DNA of 9,775 bases from Geosiphon pyriformis uo1 (taxonomy: Eukaryota > Fungi > Glomeromycota). Position numbers and translations under genes: made by a program. This document shows, in pieces, positions 8,448-9,775 of the stretch. How positions within the stretch are numbered: position 1 is the first letter of the stretch; every line of letters starts with the position of its first letter. Location of the stretch: the NCBI GenBank assembly GCA_016748015.1, contig JAAOMT010000347.1, positions 1 through 9,775 of the forward strand, given 5' to 3'. The notes below the pieces were generated by a model, which made no database searches, was not told the origin of the DNA, and saw nothing but the letters and a program-made list of their open reading frames with translations.

Positions 8448-9775
8448 TGTGCTCAGGGTCCAAATACAGATTGGTAATATAGGATGATGAATAGTAGATC
8501 TATTGCTGTGCCGCATTCAGGTTCTATGGATAGCCGTGCCATCCAGCACAAGTAGTTTTCAGTACATCACCACCTATAAGAGTTTTATGAAGGCCCCCTC
8601 AAATTTGGTACTGCCTCTTGTCTATAGCACATAAGCTTTGCCAACAAGGATCCTTGCTATTCTGCTTGGAAGTAGATAGGGTAAATAGAAGCTGCTAGAA
8701 ATGGGCCAGACTAAGAAAAGGCGCATATTACAAGTGTTTGTTTTTTGCCAGCTTAAAGAAGGATGGCTCATGAGTACCAGATAGGGGACTACTCAGTAAC
8801 GATTCTGTATCAAGGTGCTCATCATAAGGTAGGAGATCCGTAGCATCAGTAGTACTCAGTACTCTTATTGGGGTCGTTGTGCATAAGTGGTATTACCTAT
8901 AGACAAGTATGTGTACTGTGTATGTAAGTTGTAAATCAGATAGGAGGGCCCCTCAAAGAAGTCCTGAATCAGGAGTACTCGGGTCCCATCATCCATAGTT
9001 ACCAAATCAGTCCTAAAGTTGTCCTCATAAGTAAGTGCAAGGTCATGGGTAGTAATTGGATGTAGAAATACTTGACTTGTACAAAAGGGTGTCAATGGAG
9101 ACCATACTAGTAATATGGCGTATGAATAAAGCTTTTGCCATAGGGATCTAGAAATAGAATAGTTAGTTGATACCAGATGATGGTGTATCCCCCCTATTAA
9201 AGTGCAAGTCCTAGTATTTACCTTGCAAGTCCCTCTTTGATTTTGCCTAGGTCCCATATGGGTACTGAGTACGCAAGTCTTATTGCCATTATATATGGTC
9301 ACAAAGGGTACGATCTTTAAGAAGAGCTCCATTCATGATAGTGGTGGGGAGCTATGGGTGTCATTGCGATCCTCAATTTTACCTTTCCTTGGGAGTATAA
9401 GGGATCCCAGTACAAGTACTGCTTATTTGATAAGAGCCCGTAGTCCTTAGAGATTTTGTATCAATATGGATAGGAGCTACAAATAGTGGGGGATCGGCGA
9501 GGTAATAGGGACCTCTAGTTGGTATCCCTTGTGGTAGGGAGATCCCAGTTTGTAATAGAGGTCAGATTGGGTTTTAGTGTAATATGGTTTGGTCAGATGG
9601 TGGGGAAAGTTGAATTGGTAATGTTTAATGGGAGGGAGGTTTTGGGGATCCTTTTTGAGGAGGGGTTGTATTGGGGATTGGGGATTTTGAGTTTGGTTGG
9701 GGACCCTTTACCTACCTTTTGCGAACCCTTTAAATCCTCATTTCTAGTAGGTAATCCCCTTATACCTTTTGCGCC
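8448..9775 (+). repeat. Terminal direct repeat, copy 2; probable circular-assembly overlap or start of the next tandem unit
   Basis: Same sequence as 1-1328 with a constant 8447 offset at start, middle and end, so no net indel. Confidence 0.98.
8865..9332 (-). CDS. Duplicate of the 155-aa hypothetical ORF inside repeat copy 2
   Basis: Identical translation to 418..885. Confidence 0.25.
   Translation of the reverse strand: MELFLKIVPFVTIYNGNKTCVLSTHMGPRQNQRGTCKVNTRTCTLIGGIHHHLVSTNYSISRSLWQKLYSYAILLVWSPLTPFCTSQVFLHPITTHDLALTYEDNFRTDLVTMDDGTRVLLIQDFFEGPSYLIYNLHTQYTYLSIGNTTYAQRPQ

Overview
The window is one 8447-bp unit plus a second copy of its first 1328 bp (1-1328 = 8448-9775, identical wherever I compared them). 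The simplest reading is a circular 8447-bp molecule with an assembly overlap, or one unit of a large tandem repeat. A linear element with long terminal direct repeats cannot be excluded. I recognise no gene: the longest standard-code ORF is 155 aa, no ORF shows a family motif, and ORF lengths are near chance expectation. The DNA is still strongly non-random. By hand count it has about 19 GGATCC, 17 AGTACT, 9 GGTACC and 39 GGWCC per unit, and only about 110 CpG per unit. Three small CpG-rich islands share motifs; two of them are nearly antipodal on the putative circle and one forms GC-rich hairpins. There are also strand-biased poly-C tracts and alternating G/T-rich and C/A-rich domains. Working hypothesis (inference only): a mostly non-coding, non-autonomous small circular DNA such as an organellar minichromosome or satellite replicon, or an element whose coding is hidden by recoding or editing. 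Host and function cannot be determined from the sequence. All counts are by eye and approximate.
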